A stretch of DNA of 64,000 nucleotides, from IMG/VR virus record IMGVR_UViG_3300035208_005087, positions 32,001-96,000 of that record; one strand, written 5' to 3'. The notes beneath the pieces are model-generated. The model saw only the letters and a program-made list of their open reading frames with translations. It did not search any database and had not been told where the DNA came from. Both the position numbers and the translations under genes were made by a program. Below are positions 55,395-64,000 of this stretch, piece after piece. Numbering within the stretch: the first letter of the stretch is position 1; each line of letters opens with the position of its first letter. The stretch comes from a virus. Lineage: Duplodnaviria > Caudoviricetes.

Positions 55395-58300
55395 TTACCC
55401 TACTAAGAAGTATAACCTTCCTGCGACCCTGCTTCCTACTTCCGGCAGGGTCGTCACCACCTCGATACTCGTCACGACGTTAGTCCCCGCTACATTTGCT
55501 ATGGGGCCTACACCCGTGCTGCCCTGTAAACCTGTGGCGCCCTGGTTTCCTTGAGTACCTTGTGTTCCTTGGATACCTGTGACACCCTGGGTACCTTGCA
55601 ATCCTTGTATACCTGTTGCACCTTGGATTCCCTGAGTACCTTGCAACCCTTGAACACCTGTTGCACCTTGATTTCCCTGAGTACCCTGTGTTCCTTGGAT
55701 ACCTGTTGCACCTTGATTTCCCTGAGTACCTTGCAACCCTTGAACACCTGTTGCACCTTGGATGCCTTGAGTACCTTGTATGCCTTGTAAACCGGTTACA
55801 CCTTGGATTCCTTGGATTCCTTGTAAACCAGTTTCACCTTGTGTGCCTTGTAAACCAGTTACACCTTGGATCCCCTGGATTCCTTGTGAACCAGTCTCGC
55901 CTTGTGTGCCTTGAGACCCTTGTAAACCGGTTACACCTTGGATTCCATGTAAACCGGTTACACCTTGGATTCCTTGTAAACCAGTTACACCTTGGATCCC
56001 TTGGGTTCCTTGTGAACCAGTTTCGCCTTGTGTGCCTTGAGACCCTTGTAAACCAGTCTCGCCTTGTGTGCCTTGGATTCCTTGTAAACCAGTTTCGCCT
56101 TGAATGCCTTGTAAACCCGTTACACCTTGGATGCCTTGAGTACCTTGTAAACCAGTTTCGCCTTGTAAACCAGTTACACCTTGGATGCCTTGGGTTCCTT
56201 GTGAACCAGTTTCGCCTTGGATACCTTGAGACCCTTGTAAACCCGTTACACCTTGGGTTCCTTGTAAACCGGTTACACCTTGGGTTCCTTGTGAACCAGT
56301 TTCGCCTCGGATTCCTTGAGTACCTTGTAAACCGGTCTCACCTTGGGTTCCTTGTAAACCGGTTACACCTTGGGTTCCTTGTAAACCGGTTACACCTTGG
56401 GTTCCTTGGATGCCTTGTAAACCAGTTACTCCTTGGATGCCTTGAACACCTTGTAAACCAGTAGCACCTTGGGTTCCTTGGATTCCTTGTGAACCAGTTT
56501 CGCCTTGGATTCCTTGAGCACCTTGTAAACCGGTCTCACCTTGGGTTCCTTGTAAACCGGTTACACCTTGAGTTCCTTGGATGCCTTGTAAACCGGTTTC
56601 ACCTTGGATGCCTTGAACACCTTGTAAACCAGTAGCACCTTGGGCGCCCGTGTCTCCTTGAACGCCTTGTGTACCAGTTTCACCTTGCGTCCCCTGAGCA
56701 CCTATGGCACCTTGCGTCCCTTGTAAACCTGTTACCCCTTGAGGCCCTTGTATTTTTCCTACACTTTGCCACCCCGAGGAACTGTATACGTAACCTTCAC
56801 CATCCTCGTCTAAAACGAGATAAAGATCTCCTAGCTCTGGATCAACAATTGAAGCTAAATCACTAAAGGTAGATACCGCTCCCTTTAGTGTTACCGATGT
56901 CCCATCCTGCCCCTGTAACCCCTGAGGACCTGTCTCACCCTGTGTACCAGTTTCACCTTGTAAACCTGTGGCACCTGTTTCTCCCTGTGTACCTGCTGCA
57001 CCCGTTTCTCCTTGGACACCTTGAGCGCCTGTCCCCCCTTGTTCCCCCTGTACACCTTGTAAACCAGTTTCGCCTTGGAGACCAGTGGTTCCTTGAACAC
57101 CCTGGAGACCCTGTAGGCCAGTTTCCCCTCGAGTACCCTGAGCGCCTGTCTCGCCTTGTACACCTTGGAGACCCGTTTCTCCCTGGAGACCAGCATCCCC
57201 TTGGATCCCTTGTATACCTGTTTCTCCTTGATTACCTTGTAAACCTGTTACACCTTGATCTCCCTGTTCCCCTTGGAGTCCAGTTTCTCCTTGAATACCT
57301 TGTAAACCTGTTATGCCTTGAATACCTTGTAGACCCGTCTCACCTTGGTTGCCTTGGGTTCCTTGTATACCAGTTTCGCCTTGTAAGCCAGTTACACCTT
57401 GGATACCCTGTACACCGGTTTCTCCTTGAACACCCTGTACGCCAGTCGCACCTTGGATACCTGTGCCCCCTTGGAGGCCTTGTACCCCTTGCTCACCTTG
57501 GGCGCCCGTTTCGCCTTGAGTACCCTGTAGACCGGTCTCACCTTGTTCACCTTGGGTTCCTTGTAAACCAGTGACACCTTGAAGGCCTTGTGTACCAGTT
57601 ACACCTTGTTCACCTTGGGTACCCTGTAGACCAGTGACACCTTGAGTACCCTGTAGACCGGTCTCTCCCTGGGCACCTGTGTCTCCCTGGGCACCTTGCG
57701 TCCCCTGAGCACCTGTGGCACCTTGCGTCCCTTGTAAACCTGTTACCCCTTGAGGCCCTTGTATTTTTCCTACACTTTGCCACCCCGAGGAACTGTATAC
57801 GTAACCTTCACCATCCTCGTCTAAAACGAGATAAAGATCTCCTAGCTCTGGATCAACAATTGAAGCTAAATCACTAAAGGTAGATACCGCTCCCTTTAGT
57901 GTTACCGATGTCCCATCCTGCCCCTGTAACCCCTGAGGACCTGTCTCACCCTGTGTACCAGTTTCACCTTGTAAACCTGTGGCACCTTGTGCCCCTATTT
58001 CACCTTGTAGACCTTGGGCCCCTGTCTCGCCCTGAGCTCCTGTAGTCCCTAACTCACCTTGGGCCCCTGTCTCGCCCTGATCACCTTGTAGACCTTGGGC
58101 CCCTGTCTCTCCTTGAATCCCCTGGATACCTGTGTGTCCTTGAGCTCCTTGAGTACCGGTGACACCTGATGCCCCCGTTTCACCCTGTAGACCTTGGGCA
58201 CCCGTTTCTCCTTGAGGACCAGCGAGGCCCGTGGGACCTTGTAAACCTGTACCCCCTTGCGCACCTGTTTCTCCTTGTACCCCTGTTTCTCCTTGTATAC

Positions 58301-58568
58301 CCGTAGGCCCTGCAGGCCCCGTTATACCTCCAGAGGGCGAAGCTCCTGTAAACCCTTGTACAGCACCTTGTACCCAAGACCGGCCATCATAGTATTCTAA
58401 GGTCCCTGTAGGGTCCCCCAAATCGCTTTTGTGTAAAACAACGTATCCTTCTTCAGCAACAAGGGCGTCCCTTTGCACCGTATCCACCACGGGTACCTTC
58501 AGGATCTCGCCCTTGTGTTTCATATTTAACGTTTTCACAACAAACACCTCTTGAGTAACTGTACTCAA
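55395..58568 (-). CDS. Collagen-like fibre protein (1057 aa): G-x-Q/G-x-T triplets with two identical globular interruptions
   Basis: Roughly 280 Gly-X-Y triplets; TTG start. Confidence 0.9.
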   Translation of the reverse strand: MSTVTQEVFVVKTLNMKHKGEILKVPVVDTVQRDALVAEEGYVVLHKSDLGDPTGTLEYYDGRSWVQGAVQGFTGASPSGGITGPAGPTGIQGETGVQGETGAQGGTGLQGPTGLAGPQGETGAQGLQGETGASGVTGTQGAQGHTGIQGIQGETGAQGLQGDQGETGAQGELGTTGAQGETGAQGLQGEIGAQGATGLQGETGTQGETGPQGLQGQDGTSVTLKGAVSTFSDLASIVDPELGDLYLVLDEDGEGYVYSSSGWQSVGKIQGPQGVTGLQGTQGATGAQGTQGAQGDTGAQGETGLQGTQGVTGLQGTQGEQGVTGTQGLQGVTGLQGTQGEQGETGLQGTQGETGAQGEQGVQGLQGGTGIQGATGVQGVQGETGVQGIQGVTGLQGETGIQGTQGNQGETGLQGIQGITGLQGIQGETGLQGEQGDQGVTGLQGNQGETGIQGIQGDAGLQGETGLQGVQGETGAQGTRGETGLQGLQGVQGTTGLQGETGLQGVQGEQGGTGAQGVQGETGAAGTQGETGATGLQGETGTQGETGPQGLQGQDGTSVTLKGAVSTFSDLASIVDPELGDLYLVLDEDGEGYVYSSSGWQSVGKIQGPQGVTGLQGTQGAIGAQGTQGETGTQGVQGDTGAQGATGLQGVQGIQGETGLQGIQGTQGVTGLQGTQGETGLQGAQGIQGETGSQGIQGTQGATGLQGVQGIQGVTGLQGIQGTQGVTGLQGTQGVTGLQGTQGETGLQGTQGIRGETGSQGTQGVTGLQGTQGVTGLQGSQGIQGETGSQGTQGIQGVTGLQGETGLQGTQGIQGVTGLQGIQGETGLQGIQGTQGETGLQGSQGTQGETGSQGTQGIQGVTGLQGIQGVTGLHGIQGVTGLQGSQGTQGETGSQGIQGIQGVTGLQGTQGETGLQGIQGIQGVTGLQGIQGTQGIQGATGVQGLQGTQGNQGATGIQGTQGTQGNQGATGVQGLQGTQGIQGATGIQGLQGTQGVTGIQGTQGTQGNQGATGLQGSTGVGPIANVAGTNVVTSIEVVTTLPEVGSRVAGRLYFLVG
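56681..57987. repeat. 296-bp direct repeat (56681-56976 and 57692-57987), 1 mismatch
   Basis: Base-by-base comparison; offset 1011 bp (in frame). Confidence 0.9.
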
Positions 58569-58580
58569 GACGGTACGCCC

Positions 58581-58593
58581 ATTAATACATTAT
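58581..58593 (-). promoter_or_regulatory. Putative late promoter variant ATAATGTATTAAT upstream of collagen
   Basis: One mismatch to consensus within a 33-bp gap. Confidence 0.55.
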
Positions 58594-58601
58594 TCTGGGG
58601 A

Positions 58602-59714
58602 TTATAGCGTGCTTCTTTTGAATACTACCTGCAGCTCTCCGGCTGTTAAATTCTCTACTAACACTCTAGTTTTCTCATTCACTTCATCTGTACTTATATT
58701 GAAAAAAGGTGCAACCCCTAGCTGTGAAAAGACTTGGTCATCAGGAGGTACCCCGCCCCGCGCTAAGACATTAAAGTAGAAGCACGATTGATTCGCACCC
58801 CCGCTTATAGCCATGAAGTAAGAAAGGGCATTATAATTTTCTGTAGTGACTGTGTCCACTACCGACGTCCCCCCTGCGGGTACCGTTGTGGACACGACGG
58901 TTTCTGGCGGTATAGGAGGGTCTTCATTAGCAGCCACCACCGTTACTTGCCATTCCCCTGAAATCTCTTCCTCCGCTCCAACAAAAGATACCGATACGGT
59001 GTTTAACCCCACCCTTGTGATTTCTGTAGGCAGTATCAACTGATGGTTGTCATCATACACCTGTACCACTACATTAAGGGTATTGAGCATATGTTCTACC
59101 TCTAAGATACCTGCCACTAGACCCCCTTCCCGGAAACTTCGTGCATACGAAAAAATGGCCTGAGGCTCTACCTTCTCCCCTAGTATTTGTACACTCCACG
59201 AACCCGTTAAAGGAGCCCCTCCCGCTACAGACACTTTTACCCTATTAGGGTCCAAAATATCTATGGAAGAGGGGAGGGTAAGATTAAGGTTATTGTCAAA
59301 AACTTGGACAAACACACCCTCTGACCCTATATTATGTACAAAAGTAATGTCCTCCTCTGGGGAGATGTCCGACTGTGTGAAGTTCTGAGTAAACGAACGT
59401 ATTTGACGGGTGCCCCCCGTACTGGACAAAATCGTTACCCGCCACTCCCCATTGATCCCGTCCGCCCCTGTCAGATCTATATCCACTATGCTATTACTTA
59501 CTATGCGTATCTCTGTGGGTAATACCATCTGGTTATTTTCATCATACACCTGGGCTACTACCGACCGTGTATTAAAAGGGTGCTGCACTCTGTAAATATC
59601 GTTGACGACCATGTCACTTTTAAAAAGACTGGTATAGGCACCTACCTGGTCCCCTACCACAGACACCCCCGTTGAGATGCCCATCCTGTTACTTTGCTGA
59701 AAACCTAAAAGCAT
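58602..59714 (-). CDS. Virion protein with three tandem ~80-aa beta repeats (370 aa)
   Basis: H...V.(V/A)QV(Y/F)D.N....LP..I...G.W.V repeated three times. Confidence 0.7.
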   Translation of the reverse strand: MLLGFQQSNRMGISTGVSVVGDQVGAYTSLFKSDMVVNDIYRVQHPFNTRSVVAQVYDENNQMVLPTEIRIVSNSIVDIDLTGADGINGEWRVTILSSTGGTRQIRSFTQNFTQSDISPEEDITFVHNIGSEGVFVQVFDNNLNLTLPSSIDILDPNRVKVSVAGGAPLTGSWSVQILGEKVEPQAIFSYARSFREGGLVAGILEVEHMLNTLNVVVQVYDDNHQLILPTEITRVGLNTVSVSFVGAEEEISGEWQVTVVAANEDPPIPPETVVSTTVPAGGTSVVDTVTTENYNALSYFMAISGGANQSCFYFNVLARGGVPPDDQVFSQLGVAPFFNISTDEVNEKTRVLVENLTAGELQVVFKRSTL

Positions 59715-59731
59715 CGCTCCTGTCCCCTTTC

Positions 59732-60346
59732 TTAGAAGTGTACCACTATTCGGGCATCTACTATACCACCTCCAGTAACTAGGGAGACTCCCATATCCTT
59801 CGGTATATGTCTATAAATCGTGTAGTACGTCTTCGGATGGACCGGCATACTTTTCTGAGGAGTGGCGTCCACCCCTGTGATATCTACATAAAGGACTTCC
59901 TCTTCGGAGTTGTTAAAAAACTCGATGAAGAATACATCCTGTGTAAAAAGCAGTCTTTGTACGTTGGCACCAATAAACCTAGATAAATTTTCCGAAGATA
60001 CTATAGGGCTCTGAGATGTCCCTGCATCCACCTTTTGGTCTGCATTGGAGGGGACCATCCGTGAAGGCCCCATAGCGCTCTCTACTCCCGAAGGATCTAC
60101 ACCCCTAAGTGCTATGTAAAAGGTATCTGATTCCGCTAGACCTTTGGCACTTCTTAAAAAAGAGCACCCCGATAATTTCTTTCCCCGAATGCTCTGGTTA
60201 GGGACTTTTTGAACGATTACCGAAAAAGTCCCTTCCTCCCCTGTCATGGAGAGATACACATCGAAGTATTTGTAATCGGGCTGAACATCCCACACTAAGT
60301 CTATGGTTTTGTTCTTTGAATAAATCTGCGCCACTGGTACGGCCAT
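59732..60346 (-). CDS. FN3-like structural protein (204 aa)
   Basis: IDLVWD...YFDVYLS...FYIALRGVDPSGVES. Confidence 0.65.
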   Translation of the reverse strand: MAVPVAQIYSKNKTIDLVWDVQPDYKYFDVYLSMTGEEGTFSVIVQKVPNQSIRGKKLSGCSFLRSAKGLAESDTFYIALRGVDPSGVESAMGPSRMVPSNADQKVDAGTSQSPIVSSENLSRFIGANVQRLLFTQDVFFIEFFNNSEEEVLYVDITGVDATPQKSMPVHPKTYYTIYRHIPKDMGVSLVTGGGIVDARIVVHF

Positions 60347-60363
60347 TACTAGTTACCTCTAAA

Positions 60364-60795
60364 TTAGATGATGTTTTTCGCTTTTTCCTTGAGGCGTCTC
60401 AGGCGTACCTCATCTATACCCGCCGAGTTTTGGGAGCGGGCTTCTTTACTTACGTACTTTTTAAACTTACCTGTGTCAGCCCCTTTCTCTTTGGCCAATT
60501 TTTCTGCGTCCTTCCATGAAGAGACTTCTTCCCCATTTACGTTAGGTATTAGACCCTTGTTACCGTACCTTTCTAGCTGAGTCACAGACATTTGTGCCCT
60601 ACTCTTACGGCGCCGACGCTCTTCCATGTAGTACTTACTTGCCGTCGGGCCTTTTATATAAGACCCAGAACCCCCCGTGGCGTATCTACGCATGGGTTCT
60701 TTACACGCATCACAAAGTATTTCAGGTCTCTCCCCTAACTTGTGAACTACATCTTTCACCTCACCGCAAGCACACTTGTATGTGTATATAGGCAT
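60364..60795 (-). CDS. FmdB-family zinc-ribbon protein
   Basis: MPIYTYKCACG...CDAC...MRR signature. Confidence 0.8.
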   Translation of the reverse strand: MPIYTYKCACGEVKDVVHKLGERPEILCDACKEPMRRYATGGSGSYIKGPTASKYYMEERRRRKSRAQMSVTQLERYGNKGLIPNVNGEEVSSWKDAEKLAKEKGADTGKFKKYVSKEARSQNSAGIDEVRLRRLKEKAKNII

Positions 60796-60812
60796 AATGG
60801 GTATCTCCTTAT

Positions 60813-62120
60813 TTATGATATTTTATCTTTTATTACTGCATAAGCTACATCGGAAAGATACTTAGGTATCTTACCAAAAGCTTTTTTGTATTCTACTAAC
60901 AACAGGACTATGGTGCTGGGGCTATCCTCTAGCCTCTCCAGTACTTTTTCCTGGACACCCTTTCTGAGTTCCGCAAAGGTACCCTGCACATAGTCATATA
61001 AGGCGTATTCACTTACCCCCCTATCCTTTAAACTTTTTCTACCTTGTTTTAACACATCCCCATGTAGCCTAGAGTCCTCTAAGAATTGTACAAAATCCGT
61101 CTTCCGGTCTAGTTGATACTCTTCCGTAATTTCCTCTTTGGGTAAAGTGCTTATATCTTTAAAAGCGTCGTCCTTCACACTCAGTAGCTTGTTCTGTATA
61201 TCCTCGGTGTATGCTTCCTCATCGGGTAAGAAGTCTGATAACTTTGTAGACACGGCGGCTATGTGCTTACACGCGGTTAAGCCCTTGCCCCTCCCTCCGT
61301 TTTCCTTGCTGCGGGGCTCCATTAGTTGAGGACGAAACTTAGGCATATACATGTACTTACCTTTCACAGCATAAAATTGGGGGCCTCCCCATAAAAAATC
61401 CTCACAAGAACAGGCTATCAGACAAGGATGCTCAGCTAAGGACGACTTGCCTTGTGCCTTCAGGAATTGTACTGTAACCTCCTGAGCATCTGAGCCTCCT
61501 GTAACCTTTAATACATATCGTCCTTTTTCTTTCTCATCTTTTTTTGAAACATCCTGTACCGTCAAACTTTTTGCACTCTCTAAGATGTCCCTAGACCTTT
61601 CATGACTGCTATTATCCATCACTTCTTTAATGGTCTTGGCCACCTTCTTACCAGGAGTCTGGGAGGCTTCTATCGTGTTGTACGGACCATACAGATTGGA
61701 ACCCCACGGATTGCCTGTCGCATCATCTTGCCTATGCCGGTTTTGCCAAGTCATCCAACGAGAATTGTCGGGCATCTCACTTCTATTGGGTTTAGTGAAC
61801 TCTACAGGGAATAAACTACCCTTACCCGGTCCTAAATTGTCATTCTCATTTGCTGGCTGGTACTCTTGCTCCCTAGAACGGCTACGTCCATCTTGTACCC
61901 CATCCAGTAAACTTTTACCTAGCTGCCCGTCCGCGTTGGCCGGGCTTGTGTCCACGACAGCCTTAGAAAATTCATTAATGGTGTTCTGACTGGGACGCAC
62001 CCTTGGCGTGTTTTTCTTTTTAAGATACTCTAACCAAGGAAGACTTTCTTCCTCTTTATTAAATCCTAGGTACCTGGAGGCCACCTTGTATGCTAAACTT
62101 CTTATAACAGTATTCTTCAT
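60813..62120 (-). CDS. SWIM zinc-finger protein (~435 aa)
   Basis: CSCEDF...CKHIAAV. Start moved to MKNTV (62120) because the track's start lies inside a terminator. Confidence 0.7.
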   Translation of the reverse strand: MKNTVIRSLAYKVASRYLGFNKEEESLPWLEYLKKKNTPRVRPSQNTINEFSKAVVDTSPANADGQLGKSLLDGVQDGRSRSREQEYQPANENDNLGPGKGSLFPVEFTKPNRSEMPDNSRWMTWQNRHRQDDATGNPWGSNLYGPYNTIEASQTPGKKVAKTIKEVMDNSSHERSRDILESAKSLTVQDVSKKDEKEKGRYVLKVTGGSDAQEVTVQFLKAQGKSSLAEHPCLIACSCEDFLWGGPQFYAVKGKYMYMPKFRPQLMEPRSKENGGRGKGLTACKHIAAVSTKLSDFLPDEEAYTEDIQNKLLSVKDDAFKDISTLPKEEITEEYQLDRKTDFVQFLEDSRLHGDVLKQGRKSLKDRGVSEYALYDYVQGTFAELRKGVQEKVLERLEDSPSTIVLLLVEYKKAFGKIPKYLSDVAYAVIKDKIS

Positions 62121-62171
62121 GTATACCTTTATTGTATTGAAAGAATATTTTGCGGAACTGTTGAAGGCATG

Positions 62172-62199
62172 AAAAAAGGGCACCAAAAGAGGCGCCCTT
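62172..62199 (-). terminator. Intrinsic terminator
   Basis: AAGGGCGCC-TCTTTT-GGTGCCCTT followed by TTTT. Confidence 0.7.
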
Positions 62200-62207
62200 C
62201 GATTTCC

Positions 62208-63518
62208 TTATGCGAGTGCTTCTAGTCTCGCGATAGCCCCTTTCTTCACCTTCCAGTGAGACTTTTTGCTCACCCTGATAAAGTTCAGCTGGTCTTTGGA
62301 TTCTAAAGACTCAACTAAGGCCACCTTCTGTTCCAGGTTCAAGGTTTCCCAGTTCTCTGGGTATTCCCCCTCTACTTCTGAAGGTTCTGCTTTCTTCGGG
62401 GCGGATTTGGCACTAGCTTTCTTGCTAGTCTTAGCCTTAGGTGCCGCTTTCTTTGGTGCGGGAGGAGGTGGGGGAGCCTTTTTGCCTTTATCTGCCACGG
62501 GTACTAATTTAGCGTACTCCGAAGCTAATAACTGACTGTCAGTCCATCCCGCGCTTTTCATTTCCTCATACGTGTATCCGTTGACGGTCACTTCCGTCGA
62601 TATAGGCTGAGCTTCTGGGGGTACAGGTACTGGAGCCTTTTCCTGGGCTGCTCTGCGTTTTTCAATAGCAGCTAGTTTACTTGCCTCCCATTCCCTTCTT
62701 GCTGCCTCACTGGTCTTCGCCTGCTGGTGCACGTTGCCGTCTACGATACCTTGTGACCCTACCACCGTCACGGTAGAGTGGGGGCTTTCTTTGTATTCTT
62801 TGTACTGTATTCCAGCTTGCTTTAAAACAGTCCTTTCTATCGCTTCCTCTGAAATAGGTGTACGGCTGGTCACTTCAGTCTTTTCTGCCTTGGAAGGAAC
62901 CTGCCTCTTTAGGGGGATAAAACCCTCGTCGGCGTAGTCCGCTACCTGTAGTTTTTCCCGTACAGTGCTTGGAGCCACCACCCCTCTGTCTGTACGTACC
63001 GTGGCTACCACCTCATTCTGGCCTTCTTCATCCAGTACTGCAAGCTTGGTTCTACCTGTCTGTGCTGTGGTAGCCCTCTGTTGTACCGATCCAGCATCCT
63101 GGTAAGATGTTGTACGGGCGATTACACCCTCTTCATCATTGTCTACATTTAGACCTCGTTGAGAGGAAGTAGCGCTAGAATAAACAGTTCGGGCATTATT
63201 ATCAGACTTGGCTTCATGGCGCACCTCCCTAACGATCTCCTGGCGTTCTTCCACTAAAGGAGCTCTCTCCTGCATCACAGGGGCTTGTTGTGGCACCTCT
63301 TGCTCTACGGCACCATCATCGACCAGTAACCTTAGCCATCCTAACTTAATGCATTTAGACAAAGAAGTAGAGGCATCTTGTATGCTGCCGTACTTGACAT
63401 TATAGCCATCATATTGAATGATTTCCCCTGGGGATACTGTCAACCCCATATTTAAGGCGGGGTTGTTTATCAAAGATAAAGTGAAACGCTCAACGACGAC
63501 GTAGCTTTTCATGTTCAT
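62208..63518 (-). CDS. Hypothetical, largely disordered protein with Pro/Lys/Ala-rich linker (436 aa)
   Basis: AGGAG SD; has its own promoter motif and terminator. Confidence 0.7.
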   Translation of the reverse strand: MNMKSYVVVERFTLSLINNPALNMGLTVSPGEIIQYDGYNVKYGSIQDASTSLSKCIKLGWLRLLVDDGAVEQEVPQQAPVMQERAPLVEERQEIVREVRHEAKSDNNARTVYSSATSSQRGLNVDNDEEGVIARTTSYQDAGSVQQRATTAQTGRTKLAVLDEEGQNEVVATVRTDRGVVAPSTVREKLQVADYADEGFIPLKRQVPSKAEKTEVTSRTPISEEAIERTVLKQAGIQYKEYKESPHSTVTVVGSQGIVDGNVHQQAKTSEAARREWEASKLAAIEKRRAAQEKAPVPVPPEAQPISTEVTVNGYTYEEMKSAGWTDSQLLASEYAKLVPVADKGKKAPPPPPAPKKAAPKAKTSKKASAKSAPKKAEPSEVEGEYPENWETLNLEQKVALVESLESKDQLNFIRVSKKSHWKVKKGAIARLEALA

Positions 63519-63604
63519 TACAAGGTACTCCTATTTGTTATGTACTGTCTTTTCGGCTCCCTGGGACGAGAGGCCTTTTGTTATATTAATACACTACTTT
63601 TTCA

Positions 63605-63617
63605 ATTAGTAGATTAT
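63605..63617 (-). promoter_or_regulatory. Putative late promoter motif ATAATCTACTAAT
   Basis: Exact motif, intergenic. Confidence 0.65.
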
Positions 63618-63626
63618 GATGCCGCC

Positions 63627-64000
63627 TTATCCTTTGGCCAATGCCGCTAGCTTTTCCAGGATTTTTTCTTTCCTTAATTCTCTTGTTTGAGCAAGTTGGG
63701 CCAGATAATCCTCAGAATCCTCTATGTCCCCGGGCTTCTGCGTGTTTACCCGCATTTCACTTAAAGCCTGCCCAGGTTCTTCATCTGGGTCCCCCGTACT
63801 AGTCTCCAAGTCCTGTACGTGCTCTTCCTCGTCTTGAAGAATATCCATAAGCTCATCCGCTAACCCATATTCCCCTAAAGACATAGCCTGTACGATCCTT
63901 TCTTTATACCTGGCCACCGCCGTGTGTTCATCCTCTAGATCCTGTAGTAACATCTCAGAGGATTTAGCGCTCTTCTTTATTTCCCCTAAGGATACATCTG
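63627..64000 (-). CDS. Bacterioferritin/ferritin-like protein, C-terminal part (partial, starts beyond window)
   Basis: EMLLQDLEDEHTAVARY...GEYGLADELMDILQDEEEHVQDLET di-iron helices; the frame is open to the window edge. Confidence 0.75.
   Translation of the reverse strand, partial: DVSLGEIKKSAKSSEMLLQDLEDEHTAVARYKERIVQAMSLGEYGLADELMDILQDEEEHVQDLETSTGDPDEEPGQALSEMRVNTQKPGDIEDSEDYLAQLAQTRELRKEKILEKLAALAKG

Noticed and set aside
56681-57987. 296-bp repeat as a DGR template/variable pair or IS ends
   Set aside because: Only one mismatch, both copies are coding, and no reverse transcriptase or transposase is in the window.
55500-58300. Possible CRISPR array in the repeat-rich region
   Set aside because: The repeats are in-frame collagen codons with no unique spacers; no cas genes.
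55508-58377. Repetitive alternative-frame ORFs over the collagen (e.g. 55616..56464 +, 56888..57574 +, 56891..57196 -)
   Set aside because: By-products of the 9-bp periodicity of Gly-X-Y codons.
339-63405. All plus-strand ORFs in the track (e.g. 15048..15545, 23849..24451, 33564..34013)
   Set aside because: They are antisense shadows of long minus-strand genes, with no recognisable motifs.
1-64000. Alternative genetic code (stop recoding seen in some jumbo phages)
   Set aside because: Genes tile densely in the standard code, with TAA, TAG and TGA all used at gene ends.

Overview
This window is a 64-kb slice of the virion morphogenesis (late) region of a large contractile-tailed (myovirus-type, probably jumbo) bacteriophage. 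Every credible gene (~45) lies on the minus strand, tightly packed, in the standard genetic code. In transcription order (high to low coordinates) it carries: a bacterioferritin-like gene (partial); SWIM and FmdB zinc-finger genes; FN3-like and repeat structural proteins; a 1057-aa Gln/Thr-rich collagen-like protein; a small ribbon-helix-helix gene with a perfect 24-bp palindromic operator; a 1353-aa glycosyltransferase with four GT domains; head-tail adaptor/closure candidates; fibre/adhesin-like proteins; an actin-like ATPase with a coiled-coil partner; tail completion protein, sheath, tube, chaperones and tape measure; two tube-initiator-like proteins (one fused to an M15 peptidase); hub, spike, large baseplate proteins, gp25-like and baseplate-J-like wedge proteins; and a beta-propeller protein (partial). 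An intergenic motif, ATAATCTNNTAAT, recurs as a probable late promoter. No capsid, portal, terminase, tRNA, CRISPR array or IS element was recognised. The two best candidate novel systems are (i) a volactin-like actin plus putative adaptor embedded among late structural genes, and (ii) an apparently autoregulated collagen-fibre glycosylation module resembling spore BclA/SgtA loci. All family assignments come from motif recognition by eye; no database searches were run.
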